In this document: piece by piece, positions 10,755-21,431 of the stretch
Layout of the letters: each line of letters starts with the position of its first letter
How positions within the stretch are numbered: position 1 is the stretch's first letter
Source of the DNA: Pseudomonadota bacterium
GTDB lineage: Bacteria; Pseudomonadota; Gammaproteobacteria; GCA-002705445; GCA-002716945
Direction of reading: 5' to 3'
NCBI GenBank assembly: GCA_036140295.1
Contig: JAYZYL010000002.1
Coordinates: forward strand, 64,440 to 128,439
DNA length: 64,000 nt
Made by a program: the position numbers and the translations under genes
The notes under the pieces: generated by a model
The model's input: the letters and a program-made list of their open reading frames with translations, nothing else
Told to the model about the DNA's origin: nothing
Databases searched by the model: none

Positions 10755-11324
10755 TTAATTTCTCTTTTTAGCGATTGTATAACTTACTTCCCCTATACTC
10801 AAATCTTTTAATACATTCCAGTCATCGTATAAAGCCTCAAAATCAAAATTTTTTCTGTCTTTTTTTGTTTGCTCAAAAAATAAATATGAACAATTGATAA
10901 AAAATCCTGATGACTGTAACAGTTTTAAAGATTTTTCTAACAATGTATTATGGTAAGGGGGATCTAAAAAAATTAAATCATAAGTATCGCTACATCGATT
11001 TTTTAAGAAGTTTAAAACATCCTCTTCAAATAAATTACAATCGTCTATATTTAATCGTTTAAATTCTTTCTCTATTGTTTTACAAATATTTTTATTTTTT
11101 TCAATTAATGTAAATTTATTTGCTCCTCTTGAAAAAGATTCAGCTGTTAAGATTCCACTTCCTGAAAAAAGATCTAAACAATGGAAATTATAAACTGATG
11201 GAATGGTATTAAAGATAACTTCTCTTATATAAGATTTTGTCGGTTTTATTTTGTATTTATCTAGAAAGTTAATATAAGAGCCTCTTAAATTGCCACCTGT
11301 TATTCTGACTCTATTCTGACTCAA
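10755..11324 (-). CDS. rsmD: 16S rRNA (guanine966-N2)-methyltransferase
   Basis: RITGGNLRG N-terminus, CLDLFSGSG SAM loop and DPPY catalytic motif. It sits next to coaD as in many proteobacteria. Confidence 0.85.
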   Translation of the reverse strand: MSQNRVRITGGNLRGSYINFLDKYKIKPTKSYIREVIFNTIPSVYNFHCLDLFSGSGILTAESFSRGANKFTLIEKNKNICKTIEKEFKRLNIDDCNLFEEDVLNFLKNRCSDTYDLIFLDPPYHNTLLEKSLKLLQSSGFFINCSYLFFEQTKKDRKNFDFEALYDDWNVLKDLSIGEVSYTIAKKRN

Positions 11325-12617
11325 TTAAAAATTTCCTACTGTAGTTACTATTGATTTTTCAAGTCGTATATATTTCTTGACTGCATCATAGATACTTTTT
11401 TCAGTAACTCCTTTAATTTCATTTTCATATTTTTCAAAATAATTTAAATCAAAATTCAAAAAATTAATCTGTGTTAATAACCCTAACATTTTTCTATTTG
11501 TATCATAGCGTATGTAAAAATCTCCAAGTATTCCTTCCTTTGCATTTTTCACCTCATCTTCGGTAAAAAAACCTTTTTTAATTTTACGTATTTCATTTTT
11601 AAGAATCCCTATAGCTTCTTTTGCATTCTCATTTTTTGTTTGCATGTTAATTATAAATACACCAAATTCTTGGTAAGGTCTTAAATAACTATAAACAGAA
11701 TAAGCAAGTCCTCTTTTTTGTCTGATTTCATTAAAAATTTTTGAACCAAAACCACTGCCTCCAAAAATATAATTTCCAACTAAAAGACTATAATAATCTT
11801 TTTCTAATCTTCTTATGGCAGGAATAATTATATATATGTGAGTTTGCTTAGACGCCATTAAAACCTTTTGCGAATACATTTTTCCATTGAATTTTATTTT
11901 TGATTTTTTTTCTATTTTATCTTTCCCTTTTGAGACATTATTTAGAATTTTATATACTATTCGCGCGCCTTCATTTTCATTAATATTGCCAACCAAATTA
12001 ATTGCAAGTGATTTTCTTGTAAATATTTTATTGAGGTGATCAATAATATCAGAACTTGCTATTAACGAAATAGATTCTTTATAACCTATTATAGGATGTT
12101 GATATTTTGTCCCAATAAAAAATTTTTCATTTGCTTTAATCCTTGCAAGCGATCCTGGGTTTAGAAATTGAGAATTTATTCTATTTTTAATTTTTTCCTT
12201 AAGAAATTCTAAGTCCTCCTTACTTACTTCTCTATTTAATAGTATAAAGTTTATAAGGTTGGTTACATAGTCAATATTTTTATCATTGTTGATGAATCTT
12301 ATATTTATAGTGCTAAAATCTTTTCCAACATTATAAATAAATTCTGCGCCTATATTTTCAAAAAGATCTACAATTTTTTCATTCTCATATTTTATTTTTG
12401 AAAGAGATTCAAGGGTCAGATTAGTTAATCCAGGTGTTTCTCCATCATCAGTGCTCCCAGCATCAATATTTATTCCAAGATCAATAATTGGTAAGGAATC
12501 TTCTGTAATTAGTAGGTAATTAGGGTTTGATTTTATAGGAGTGATCTTTGGGTACGAAAATAATTCATTTTGATATACACAAAGAATTAAAAAGAAAAAT
12601 ATATAATACAATTTCAT
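11325..12617 (-). CDS. M16-family peptidase-like protein (no HxxEH motif, presumably the non-catalytic partner)
   Basis: It has a signal-like N-terminus, M16 size and layout, and overlaps the upstream catalytic M16 gene by 4 nt. I saw no zinc motif. Confidence 0.7.
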   Translation of the reverse strand: MKLYYIFFFLILCVYQNELFSYPKITPIKSNPNYLLITEDSLPIIDLGINIDAGSTDDGETPGLTNLTLESLSKIKYENEKIVDLFENIGAEFIYNVGKDFSTINIRFINNDKNIDYVTNLINFILLNREVSKEDLEFLKEKIKNRINSQFLNPGSLARIKANEKFFIGTKYQHPIIGYKESISLIASSDIIDHLNKIFTRKSLAINLVGNINENEGARIVYKILNNVSKGKDKIEKKSKIKFNGKMYSQKVLMASKQTHIYIIIPAIRRLEKDYYSLLVGNYIFGGSGFGSKIFNEIRQKRGLAYSVYSYLRPYQEFGVFIINMQTKNENAKEAIGILKNEIRKIKKGFFTEDEVKNAKEGILGDFYIRYDTNRKMLGLLTQINFLNFDLNYFEKYENEIKGVTEKSIYDAVKKYIRLEKSIVTTVGNF

Positions 12618-13978
12618 GATTCTTTTGGATAAATTACTGTATAGATAAAACTCTTGTTTATGAAATATTTCTTAGCTATATCAATCAGGTCATTTTTTGT
12701 TATTTTATTTATATCATCAAGATAATAATCCAAGGTATTCCATCCTATACCTTTTGATTCAAGCACTCCAATACTCATGACTTGACCAAAAAGAGAATCA
12801 AATTTAAATGTATTGCTTGCTATCAATCGAGATTTTAATGATTCAAATTCCCTATCTGAAATCCCTTCTTGTTCAATATTTTGAAATTGAAGTAAAATTT
12901 CATTTTTTAGTTCTTCAGTTGAAATGTCGGTTCGTGGTATTCCTCCAATTGAAATAATATTTTTATTTATCGGATAAGTATCAAATGAAATAAATGTCTC
13001 AATTGCAATTTTTTTCTTATCTACCAAGTTTCTTGTAAATCTAGATGAATTACCTCCATCCATTAATTCCAACAATAATTCCATTTTGTAATGCTCTAGT
13101 CTGTCATTTTTATTAAATTTAGGTTGTACAAATGAAATTAAGACTGTTGGGTTTGAAATACTTTCTTTTAGTTCAATTTTTTTGAAATTAAGATTATTAA
13201 GTTCATTATTTTTAAATTTTAAGGTTGTTTTACTATTTTTAATTTTAGAGAAGTATTTATCAATCAATTTCTTTATATTTGATTTTTCAAAATCTCCTGC
13301 CAAAATTAGTATTGCATTATCAGGGGAATAAAAATTATCATACCAGTTTTTTACATCACTTATTTTTACATTATCCAGATCATCCATAGTTCCAACTATA
13401 GGCACTCCATAGCCGTTATACCCAAAAAGTTGTATTAGTGTTTTTTCAAATGCTTTTGATATTGGTCTATCTTCTACCCTTAATCTTCTTTCTTCTTTTA
13501 CAACATTAAGTTCTTTCTGAAAATCATCCTCTCTTAGAATTAAATTTGTCATCCTATCTGATTCCATTTCTAGACATTTCTCAATATATTTTTTATGGAC
13601 TTTTTGATAGTAACCAGTAAAATCTCTCCCTGTAAAAGCATTTTCGCTTCCTCCTAATTTTTTTATTATTTTAGAAAATTCTCCGGACTTAGTTTTTTCT
13701 GTTCCCTTGAACATCATATGTTCTAAAATATGTGAAATTCCTGTAATACCTTTCTCTTCGTAACTAGAACCAACTTTATACCAAATGCTTGAAATTATAA
13801 TAGGATTCCTTTTATCTTCTAGCAAAATAACTTTGAGATTATTTGGTAAAACATATTCTTCAATTCTGTCTGAGAATTTTACTGTTGCGCTGAAACTCGT
13901 AGTAAATAACAAAAAAAATATACTAAATAAGAAAATTATTTTTAAAGTTATAGTTATAGAAACCTTTATGTTGGTCAT
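12614..13978 (-). CDS. M16-family zinc metallopeptidase (pitrilysin-like)
   Basis: Inverted zinc motif HILEHMMFKGT and an N-terminal signal/TM segment. Confidence 0.85.
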   Translation of the reverse strand: MTNIKVSITITLKIIFLFSIFFLLFTTSFSATVKFSDRIEEYVLPNNLKVILLEDKRNPIIISSIWYKVGSSYEEKGITGISHILEHMMFKGTEKTKSGEFSKIIKKLGGSENAFTGRDFTGYYQKVHKKYIEKCLEMESDRMTNLILREDDFQKELNVVKEERRLRVEDRPISKAFEKTLIQLFGYNGYGVPIVGTMDDLDNVKISDVKNWYDNFYSPDNAILILAGDFEKSNIKKLIDKYFSKIKNSKTTLKFKNNELNNLNFKKIELKESISNPTVLISFVQPKFNKNDRLEHYKMELLLELMDGGNSSRFTRNLVDKKKIAIETFISFDTYPINKNIISIGGIPRTDISTEELKNEILLQFQNIEQEGISDREFESLKSRLIASNTFKFDSLFGQVMSIGVLESKGIGWNTLDYYLDDINKITKNDLIDIAKKYFINKSFIYTVIYPKES

Positions 13979-14103
13979 GAGAGTTTATTATATCAAAATT
14001 TCTTTGTATTCATAAATACCTGTATAATCAATATTTTTAAAAATAATATCTAATTTCCCCCTATTATTCCTATAAAATATTGAAAATTATTGGTTTTTCT
14101 GAC

Positions 14104-14131
14104 TTGAATCTCTAATTAAAGACACTATAAT
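14104..14131 (+). promoter_or_regulatory. Sigma70-like promoter candidate upstream of rpoH (TTGAAT-16 nt-TATAAT)
   Basis: TTGAAT lies at 14104-14109 and TATAAT at 14126-14131. The -10 overlaps the first ATG (14130), which argues for the ATG at 14148 as the true rpoH start. Such hexamers are common by chance in AT-rich DNA. Confidence 0.3.
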
Positions 14132-15005
14132 GGACTTGTTAAATATTATGACTAATGAGTTAATACAAAAAGCTCCTTCTGGAATGGCACTAGGTATAGC
14201 CACAGGGGATTCGCTCGACCATTATTTGAGTCAGTTAAGAAACTCTAGTATTTTATCTAGAGAAGAAGAACTTGAATTGTCCAAAAGATTTTATAATTCA
14301 AACGACCTTGATGCAGCACGAAAATTGGTAATGTCACATTTAAGATTTGTGGTGCATATCGCTAAAACATATCAAGGGTATGGTCTTCCTCTACTTGATT
14401 TAATACAAGAAGGTAATATAGGTTTAATGAAAGCAGTTAAAAAATTTGACCCAAATAAAAAAGTTAGATTACTTTCTTTTGCAATTCATTGGATCAGAGC
14501 TGAGATGCATGAATTTATTTTGAAAAATTGGAGAATTGTAAAGGTTGCTACAACAAAAGCTCAAAGAAAGTTATTTTTTAAGCTCAGAAGTAAGAAAAAT
14601 AGTAATTCATGGTTAACTAAAACTGAAACTGAAAATATAGCAGATGATTTACAAGTTAAACCAGAGACTGTATCTGTCATGGAATCACGGTTAAGCGGAT
14701 CAGATATTTCATTCGATCCTTCTGATGAAGATGAGACTTCTCCATCAGCTTATCTTTCAAATAATGAAGACCCATCACTATTTCTAGAATATGAATCTGA
14801 AGGTAAAACTAATAATCTAAAATTATATGACGCTATGTCAAAACTTGACCCCCGTAGTAAAGATATTATTGTCCAAAGATACTTACAGGATGAAAAAACA
14901 ACATTAGAAGATTTATCAAAAAAATATAATATTTCTAAAGAGAGAATTAGACAAATAGAAGCTAAAACACTTGCCTCTCTCAAACAATCAATATTGATTG
15001 CCTAA
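14130..15005 (+). CDS. rpoH: RNA polymerase sigma-32 (heat-shock sigma factor)
   Basis: It carries the RpoH box QRKLFFKLR plus LIQEGNIGLMKAVKKFDP and HWIRAEMHEFILKNWRIVKVATTKAQ, collinear with E. coli RpoH. The alternative start at 14148 (MTNELIQ...) aligns better with E. coli MTDKMQ. Confidence 0.9.
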   Translation: MDLLNIMTNELIQKAPSGMALGIATGDSLDHYLSQLRNSSILSREEELELSKRFYNSNDLDAARKLVMSHLRFVVHIAKTYQGYGLPLLDLIQEGNIGLMKAVKKFDPNKKVRLLSFAIHWIRAEMHEFILKNWRIVKVATTKAQRKLFFKLRSKKNSNSWLTKTETENIADDLQVKPETVSVMESRLSGSDISFDPSDEDETSPSAYLSNNEDPSLFLEYESEGKTNNLKLYDAMSKLDPRSKDIIVQRYLQDEKTTLEDLSKKYNISKERIRQIEAKTLASLKQSILIA

Positions 15006-15920
15006 ATAAAAACTATAATTAATTACAAAGTAATGGTCTATTAATAGGAATAGGAAGATCAGTGCCAAGTAAACAATTGAAAATTTGAATAGCTTGATTG
15101 CATCCTCATCAGATTTCTTTTTCATAAGCTGGTAAGAGTCATAAACAAATTTTAATCCACAAATAACTGCACCTATCAAGTAAATAGTCCCTGCTAGACC
15201 TAGCAGATATGGAAATAAGGTAATGCAAAAAAGAAGAATAGAATATAAAAATATATGTAACCTTGTAAAGTTACATCCATGTGTTATAGGAAGCATTGGA
15301 ATATCAGCTTTTTTATATTCCTCATATTTGTAGACTGCAAGAGCCCAAAAATGAGGTGGGGTCCATAAGAATATAATTAAAAATAATAACAATGGAAAAG
15401 CATCAATCTGGTTTGTTATTGCTGTCCAACCTAATAATGGAGGCATAGCTCCTGCAATTCCGCCAATTACAATATTTTGAGATGTAAGATTTTTTAAATA
15501 AACAGAATAAATTAACGAGTAAATAATAATAGATGAAAGGGTTAAGATTGCGGTTAGGTAGTTAACAAAGACTAGCAAGGTAATTATTGAAATAGCTCCA
15601 AGGAAAAGCGCAAAATAAATAGCATGTGTTGTTTTAATAACACCGTTGACAAGCGGTCTATTTTTTGTCCTATCCATAATGGAATCAATTTTCTTGTCCA
15701 CCACATGATTAATAATAGCTGCAGCAGAAGCAGAGAACCAAATTCCAATACTAGCAAAAAAGATTAGTTCATAATCCAATATCATAGAGCTGTGTGCTAG
15801 CAACATTCCGGTAATAGCAGTAAACATAATTAAAAAATTAACTCGTGGTTTAGTAAGAATAAAAAATTCCTTTGCAATATGTACGGAGTTTTCTGATATA
15901 TATAAAGGGATTCTCATCAT
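14988..15920 (-). CDS. ctaB: Protoheme IX farnesyltransferase (heme O synthase)
   Basis: UbiA-family polytopic protein (LTKPRV..., NHVVDKKIDSIMDRTKNRPL) at the end of the cox cluster. It overlaps the rpoH 3' end by 18 nt. Confidence 0.9.
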   Translation of the reverse strand: MMRIPLYISENSVHIAKEFFILTKPRVNFLIMFTAITGMLLAHSSMILDYELIFFASIGIWFSASAAAIINHVVDKKIDSIMDRTKNRPLVNGVIKTTHAIYFALFLGAISIITLLVFVNYLTAILTLSSIIIYSLIYSVYLKNLTSQNIVIGGIAGAMPPLLGWTAITNQIDAFPLLLFLIIFLWTPPHFWALAVYKYEEYKKADIPMLPITHGCNFTRLHIFLYSILLFCITLFPYLLGLAGTIYLIGAVICGLKFVYDSYQLMKKKSDEDAIKLFKFSIVYLALIFLFLLIDHYFVINYSFYLGNQY

Positions 15921-15931
15921 TGATTAATATA

Positions 15932-16939
15932 TCATCTCCATATACTGTGTGTCGAATAATATAGCAGGGTTGTCATACTCATTAATAAGATTGATGCATT
16001 AACCGTGTGTAATACAGCTATTGTAATAGGGAGACTAAATACAATATTTGAAATCCCAAGAAGAACTTGGATGATAAAAAAGACGACTATAAATGTGCCT
16101 ATTTTTTTATATAAAGAGTTAGATTGAAATAGATATATATAAATAAACAGATTTAAAAATAAAATTGATAATATTAAAGCACCAAACCTATGCATAAAGT
16201 GAATTGCTAACTTTGAATTATAATCTAAATAACCTCCCTCGTAATTAATATCTGGAAGATTAAACAAAGTGAAAGCTTTGTTAAAATTCATATCAGATGG
16301 CCACCATTGACTCAGACATTTAGGAAAATCTGTGCATGCTAGAGAAGCATAATTTGTGCTTGTCCAACCACCTAAAAAAATTTGTATTAAAAGTGCAAAA
16401 GTACAGACAACAACAAGGGAAATTAGAAACTTGTCATTCGTATGACTTTTTGTTTCTTGATTTAAGAAAATATAGCCATTCCACATAATAAGGCTTGCTG
16501 TAATCGTCCCTAACAATAAATGTGCCGTAACAATTGTGGGTTTCACTAATTGAGTTACGGTTAACATACCTAATAATGATTGGAGAACTATTAACAATAC
16601 AATAGAAACAGGTAATATAATTGATGTATTTTTCTTATTTTTTATAGTTAAATACGCAACTAAAATAATATAAATACCTAAAAAGCCAGCTAAATAACGA
16701 TGGAGCATTTCTCGTGAAGCTTTGCCAACATCAATCATAGAATTGGGGAACATAGCTTGCGCTTCATATATTTCCTTTTCAGTTTCAGGAGATGTTAATG
16801 AGCCATAACAACCTGGCCAATCAGGACATCCAAGACCAGCATCAGTTAATCTTACCCATGCACCAAGTGAAATTACAATCAAAGTTATAAAAACACCAAA
16901 GAAACTTAGATTAGCAATTGTTTTATTTTCTAATATCAT
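15932..16939 (-). CDS. ctaA: Heme A synthase (COX15/CtaA)
   Basis: Polytopic membrane protein with a GCPDWPGCYG motif and conserved His residues, positioned between SURF1 and ctaB. Confidence 0.85.
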   Translation of the reverse strand: MILENKTIANLSFFGVFITLIVISLGAWVRLTDAGLGCPDWPGCYGSLTSPETEKEIYEAQAMFPNSMIDVGKASREMLHRYLAGFLGIYIILVAYLTIKNKKNTSIILPVSIVLLIVLQSLLGMLTVTQLVKPTIVTAHLLLGTITASLIMWNGYIFLNQETKSHTNDKFLISLVVVCTFALLIQIFLGGWTSTNYASLACTDFPKCLSQWWPSDMNFNKAFTLFNLPDINYEGGYLDYNSKLAIHFMHRFGALILSILFLNLFIYIYLFQSNSLYKKIGTFIVVFFIIQVLLGISNIVFSLPITIAVLHTVNASILLMSMTTLLYYSTHSIWR

Positions 16940-17514
16940 TCTTTTTTTGAAAACTTTAGAAGTTTTTTTAAATCTTTTAATAGTTTCTGACCATTAAAAT
17001 TACTTTTATAGGTTAATATAACATTGCCAGCTGGATTGACGAGATAAATCTGTTTATCTTTTTTTGAGATCTTATGAATTATTTTATATAACTGATTAGG
17101 TCTAATATTTGAAAATAATAAATTTGGATATTCAGCTTCTAGATTTTTTAAAAAACTTATCTTCTCATCATAATTTGATAAAAAAACTCTTTGTACTCTA
17201 TTTATATCTTTTCCTAATGCTATATGGACTTGTCGCAAAAGATGAATATCTTTAGAGCATTCTTTTAAACATTGATTTTTAGTTATATAAATTAGTGTCC
17301 ATTTGTTTATCAGATCCTTATTATTTAATAATGCATTATTAAAAAGTTTAATTTCAAATTCAGTTAAAGGTACAAGTGGTTCGATAAATTTTCCATAATT
17401 TGTTGTTTCCCATCGCTCATTTGAATCCTGTATTTTTAAAAAGTAATAAGAGAAAATAAATGGTAAAGTGAAAATAATTAAAATAATAATGAGGTTATTT
17501 TGTTTTTTCATCAC
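16936..17514 (-). CDS. Cytochrome oxidase cluster protein, SCO-like thioredoxin-fold candidate (CxxxC)
   Basis: It has an N-terminal TM anchor and a CLKEC (CxxxC) motif followed by His (DIHLL), resembling SCO1/SenC copper chaperones. It occupies the slot between SURF1 and ctaA that holds an uncharacterised gene in Pseudomonas-type cox clusters. Confidence 0.45.
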   Translation of the reverse strand: MMKKQNNLIIILIIFTLPFIFSYYFLKIQDSNERWETTNYGKFIEPLVPLTEFEIKLFNNALLNNKDLINKWTLIYITKNQCLKECSKDIHLLRQVHIALGKDINRVQRVFLSNYDEKISFLKNLEAEYPNLLFSNIRPNQLYKIIHKISKKDKQIYLVNPAGNVILTYKSNFNGQKLLKDLKKLLKFSKKE

Positions 17515-18232
17515 TATTAGATTCTTTTCTCAATAAGATAATCATAAAGATAAATGCTACAACTGAAAATAAAAACCATTGCCCAGCATACATAAAATGC
17601 TTTAACTCTGCATTCTTCTTATATTTTCTATTATTAATATATGAATTATTCTGATTCTCATACATTACTAAAATATATGGCTCTAATTCTAAATTTAGCA
17701 AAGTAGAGATTTCTTCAATTTTAATATTTTGTATAATTTTTGGCCATTGATTTTTATAAACACTCTTATCCAGTTCTAGTAAGTTTTTGTGATAAAAAAC
17801 ATAGCCATCAACAAAATTGCTTGGTTTGGTAATACTAACTTCTGGAAGAGTTTTATCAAAATGCTTTTCTATCCATCCTCTGTCTACCAAAACAATCTTT
17901 TTATCAACTTTATATGGAGTCAAAACCTTGTATCCAGCTTTTCTATTTACAATGCTATTATCTAGTAAAAATTGTTTGCCCAGAATAAATTCACCAAACA
18001 CTCTTAGCTTGATAAATTCTTTAAATTTATTATCAAGTTTTTTTACTATTATTGGGTCTTTCTCTAGGTTCTTTATATATTTTTCATAAATTATAATTTT
18101 TTGATTACCTCTCTCAATTTGCCATAATCCAAGATAACTGCACACAAAAATTACTAATAAAAAAAATAATATTTTTATAAATTCATCAGAGAAATTTTTG
18201 TATGTTAGTTTATTATGTGTTAGTTTTTTCAT
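17495..18232 (-). CDS. SURF1-family cytochrome oxidase assembly protein
   Basis: LGLWQIERG N-terminal motif, VLVDRGWI, a C-terminal TM helix, and cox-cluster context. Confidence 0.8.
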   Translation of the reverse strand: MKKLTHNKLTYKNFSDEFIKILFFLLVIFVCSYLGLWQIERGNQKIIIYEKYIKNLEKDPIIVKKLDNKFKEFIKLRVFGEFILGKQFLLDNSIVNRKAGYKVLTPYKVDKKIVLVDRGWIEKHFDKTLPEVSITKPSNFVDGYVFYHKNLLELDKSVYKNQWPKIIQNIKIEEISTLLNLELEPYILVMYENQNNSYINNRKYKKNAELKHFMYAGQWFLFSVVAFIFMIILLRKESNSDEKTK

Positions 18233-18236
18233 AAAT

Positions 18237-18434
18237 ATGAAATATATAATTTTATTCTTACTAGCCCTTATTGTTTATAATCTTGTTGCTGGGTTTATAT
18301 ATATAATGAAGGATCAATCCAAGTCAAATAGGGGTTTTTATTCATTAAGGACAAGAATAATTTTATCCCTGCTACTATTTTTTTTCCTCATAATTAGCTA
18401 CTACTTGGATTTAATCCAGCCACATTCAATCTGA
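18237..18434 (+). CDS. Small twin-TM protein, DUF2909-like, encoded antisense to the cox gene direction
   Basis: MKYIILFLLALIVYNLVAGFIYIMKDQSKSNRGFYSLRTRIILSLLLFFFLIISYYL has two TM helices around a basic loop, as in DUF2909 proteins of cox clusters. There is no minus-strand ORF in this 200-nt slot. Confidence 0.55.
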   Translation: MKYIILFLLALIVYNLVAGFIYIMKDQSKSNRGFYSLRTRIILSLLLFFFLIISYYLDLIQPHSI

Positions 18435-18435
18435 T

Positions 18436-19302
18436 TTATAACCAGTAAACAAAAACAAATAATCCTAACCATACCACATCAACAAAATGCCAATACCAAG
18501 CTACCGCCTCAAATCCAAAATGATTATCTTTTGTGAAATGCCCATTAATACAGCGAAATAGTATTACCAACAACATTGTTGCTCCAAGTGTTACGTGAAA
18601 ACCATGAAACCCAGTAAGCATATAAAATGTAGAGCCATAAATTCCTGTAGTTAGTTTTAAATTCAGATCAGTATAAGCATGCATATATTCGTATGCCTGT
18701 AAACCAACAAAGAGAAAACCAAGTAAAACAGTTGCAACCAATCCCATTATGAGTTGATTTCTTTTATGTTCTTTTAATCCATGATGAGCCCAGGTTACAG
18801 TTAGACCACTTGTTAATAAAATAAGTGTATTTATAGCGGGTATCCCAGCAGCTCTCATAGTAGTGAAGTCCCCCCCTATATTAGCAGGTCCATTTGATGG
18901 CCAGACATTTTCAAAGTGTGGCCAAAGAAATAAGTTTGTTGGGGTTTTTGCTCCCTCTCCCCCCAACCAAGGAAGTGATAACTCTCTAGCATAATACAGT
19001 GCTCCAAAAAAGGCTGCAAAAAACATTACCTCAGAGAATATAAACCAAGCCATACCCCACCTAAATGAAATATCAACTTGAGAATTATATGTGCCTGCCT
19101 CGCTTTCTTGAATAACTTCAGCAAACCAACCATAAACCATAATAAATAGCAAAGCTAGGCCGGTAAACATCATAACCATACCGCCAGATACACCATTTAA
19201 ATAGTTTGAGAGGCCTACAAATAGGATTGCTAAAGACAGTGATGAAAGAAATGGCCATCTAGTTCCATGTGGTATATAGTAACTGTTTTTTGAATCACTC
19301 AT
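18436..19302 (-). CDS. coxC: Cytochrome c oxidase subunit III
   Basis: Typical subunit III sequence (FHGFHVTLGA, AWYWHFVDVVWL). Met at 19302 (MSDSKNSYYIPHG) is the preferred start, because the upstream extension would overlap ctaG. Confidence 0.9.
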   Translation of the reverse strand: MSDSKNSYYIPHGTRWPFLSSLSLAILFVGLSNYLNGVSGGMVMMFTGLALLFIMVYGWFAEVIQESEAGTYNSQVDISFRWGMAWFIFSEVMFFAAFFGALYYARELSLPWLGGEGAKTPTNLFLWPHFENVWPSNGPANIGGDFTTMRAAGIPAINTLILLTSGLTVTWAHHGLKEHKRNQLIMGLVATVLLGFLFVGLQAYEYMHAYTDLNLKLTTGIYGSTFYMLTGFHGFHVTLGATMLLVILFRCINGHFTKDNHFGFEAVAWYWHFVDVVWLGLFVFVYWL

Positions 19303-19309
19303 ATGATGA

Positions 19310-19849
19310 TTACTCCGTGTTATAACCAAGTTGTTGATTGGTAATGTTAAACATAGTATAAGCAAGAACTAAACTAGATGCATCTGAAGGTATATCATTA
19401 TCAACTATAAACTGAATAGCTAACTCCTTTGTTTCATTTGCTTTAATTTCTTGGTGTTTAAAACAAAAACATTCAATTTTTTTAAAATATTCTGCATATT
19501 TTCCAGGAACTACACTTGGGTTGGCTGTAGCTACTAAATCTCTATTAGATATATTGGTAAGAGTATAAAATACTGTATATATTTTCCCAGGTTGAACAAC
19601 TATTTCTTTTTGATTTGGACCAAACTCAAAGGGTGCTGAATTTGCAACATTTGAAGTAAACTTAACCTCAACATATCTATATGACGGATTCTCTATAACA
19701 GACTCAACATTAATCCTACCAGTCTTTCCATTAAGTCCAGTAACTTCACAAAAGACATCATATAAGGGAACAAGCACATATGAGAAACCAAACATAAATA
19801 TCGTAAAGAAAGCTAAATAAGAAAAAGTTTTTTTGATATTTTTATTCAT
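19310..19849 (-). CDS. ctaG: Cytochrome c oxidase assembly protein CtaG/Cox11
   Basis: Cox11 motifs ([19 protein letters not shown]) between coxA and coxC. Confidence 0.9.
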   Translation of the reverse strand: MNKNIKKTFSYLAFFTIFMFGFSYVLVPLYDVFCEVTGLNGKTGRINVESVIENPSYRYVEVKFTSNVANSAPFEFGPNQKEIVVQPGKIYTVFYTLTNISNRDLVATANPSVVPGKYAEYFKKIECFCFKHQEIKANETKELAIQFIVDNDIPSDASSLVLAYTMFNITNQQLGYNTE

Positions 19850-21420
19850 TCTACTTTTGGCTCTTCCTCAAAAGAGTGGTACGGGGGTGGAGATGGTAAT
19901 GTCCATTCGAGTCCTTCTGCACCATCCCATACCTTGGCATCTACATTAATTTCCTTTTTGTTTTTGATTGTTTTATAGATGATATATACAAATATTAATT
20001 GTGCTATACCAAAACCAAACGCACCTATTGATGCTATTGCATTAAAATCAGCAAATTGTAGAGCATAGTCAGGTATTCTTCTTGGCATCCCAGCAAGTCC
20101 AACAAAATGCATCGGAAAAAATGTTACATTAACAAAAATTGTTGTAAGCCAAAAATGTATTTTACCTAATGATTCATCATACATTCTGCCAGTCCATTTA
20201 GGCAGCCAATAATAAACCCCAGCAATAATACCAAAAATGGCTCCGGGTACTAACACATAGTGAAAGTGTGCTACAACAAAATAAGTATCGTGATATTGAA
20301 AATCAGCAGGAACAATTGCTAACATTAGCCCAGAAAAACCACCAATCGTAAATAGGATTATAAATGCTATTGCAAAAAGCATCGGGGTTTCAAATGTCAT
20401 AGAGCCTTTCCACATTGTAGCTACCCAATTAAATACTTTTACACCTGTTGGTACTGCAATTAACATAGTAGCAAACATAAAAAATATTTCTCCCGCTAGT
20501 GGCATACCTACTGTGAACATGTGATGAGCCCAAACTATGAAAGATAACAAAGCAATGGAAGCTGTTGCATAAACCATTGAATCATATCCAAATAGTTTTT
20601 TTCTTGCAAATGTTGGAATTATTGTAGATATAATTCCAAAAGCAGGAAGAATCAAAATATATACCTCGGGGTGTCCAAAGAACCAAAAAATATGTTGAAA
20701 TAAAATTGGGTCTCCTCCTCCAGAAGCTGTAAAAAAACTAGTACCAAAAAATCGATCTGTTAATAACATTGTAACAGCACCCGCTAATACTGGCATTGCG
20801 GCTATTAATAGAAATGCTGTTATTAGCCAAGTCCAAACAAACATAGGCATTTTCATTAGATTCATTCCAGAAGCTCTCATATTTAATATAGTAGCTATAA
20901 TATTTATTGCTCCTAAAATTGATGACAAACCTAATAGGTGAATGGAAAAAATAATGAATGGCATTGAATTGCCTCCCTGTAAAGATAAAGGCGGATAAAG
21001 AGTCCATCCTGCAGCAGGGCCACCACTTTCAAAAAATAAAGTGCTTAGCATCATTGTGAACGCAAATGGTAAAATCCAGAAACTCCAGTTATTGAGTCTT
21101 GGAAGTGCCATATCAGGTGCACCAATCATAAGTGGTATTTGCCAATTTGCTAAACCAACAAATGCAGGCATGACTGCTCCAAAAATCATTATTAGTGCAT
21201 GCATTGTTGTCATCTGATTAAAAAATCCAGGGATAACCATTTGCAAGCCTGGTTCAAATAACTCTGCTCTAATTATCAGCGCCATAATTCCACCAATAAA
21301 GAACATAATTAAACTAAAAAATAGATAGAGTGTTCCAATGTCCTTATGGTTGGTAGTAGTGATCCATCTCATTATTCCGCTTTTATGGTGTTCGTCTAAA
21401 TGTTCAGCATTTGTAACCAT
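19846..21420 (-). CDS. coxA: Cytochrome c oxidase subunit I (aa3-type)
   Basis: Canonical subunit I sequence ([28 protein letters not shown]). Confidence 0.97.
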   Translation of the reverse strand: MVTNAEHLDEHHKSGIMRWITTTNHKDIGTLYLFFSLIMFFIGGIMALIIRAELFEPGLQMVIPGFFNQMTTMHALIMIFGAVMPAFVGLANWQIPLMIGAPDMALPRLNNWSFWILPFAFTMMLSTLFFESGGPAAGWTLYPPLSLQGGNSMPFIIFSIHLLGLSSILGAINIIATILNMRASGMNLMKMPMFVWTWLITAFLLIAAMPVLAGAVTMLLTDRFFGTSFFTASGGGDPILFQHIFWFFGHPEVYILILPAFGIISTIIPTFARKKLFGYDSMVYATASIALLSFIVWAHHMFTVGMPLAGEIFFMFATMLIAVPTGVKVFNWVATMWKGSMTFETPMLFAIAFIILFTIGGFSGLMLAIVPADFQYHDTYFVVAHFHYVLVPGAIFGIIAGVYYWLPKWTGRMYDESLGKIHFWLTTIFVNVTFFPMHFVGLAGMPRRIPDYALQFADFNAIASIGAFGFGIAQLIFVYIIYKTIKNKKEINVDAKVWDGAEGLEWTLPSPPPYHSFEEEPKVE

Positions 21421-21431
21421 TTTTATCTCTC

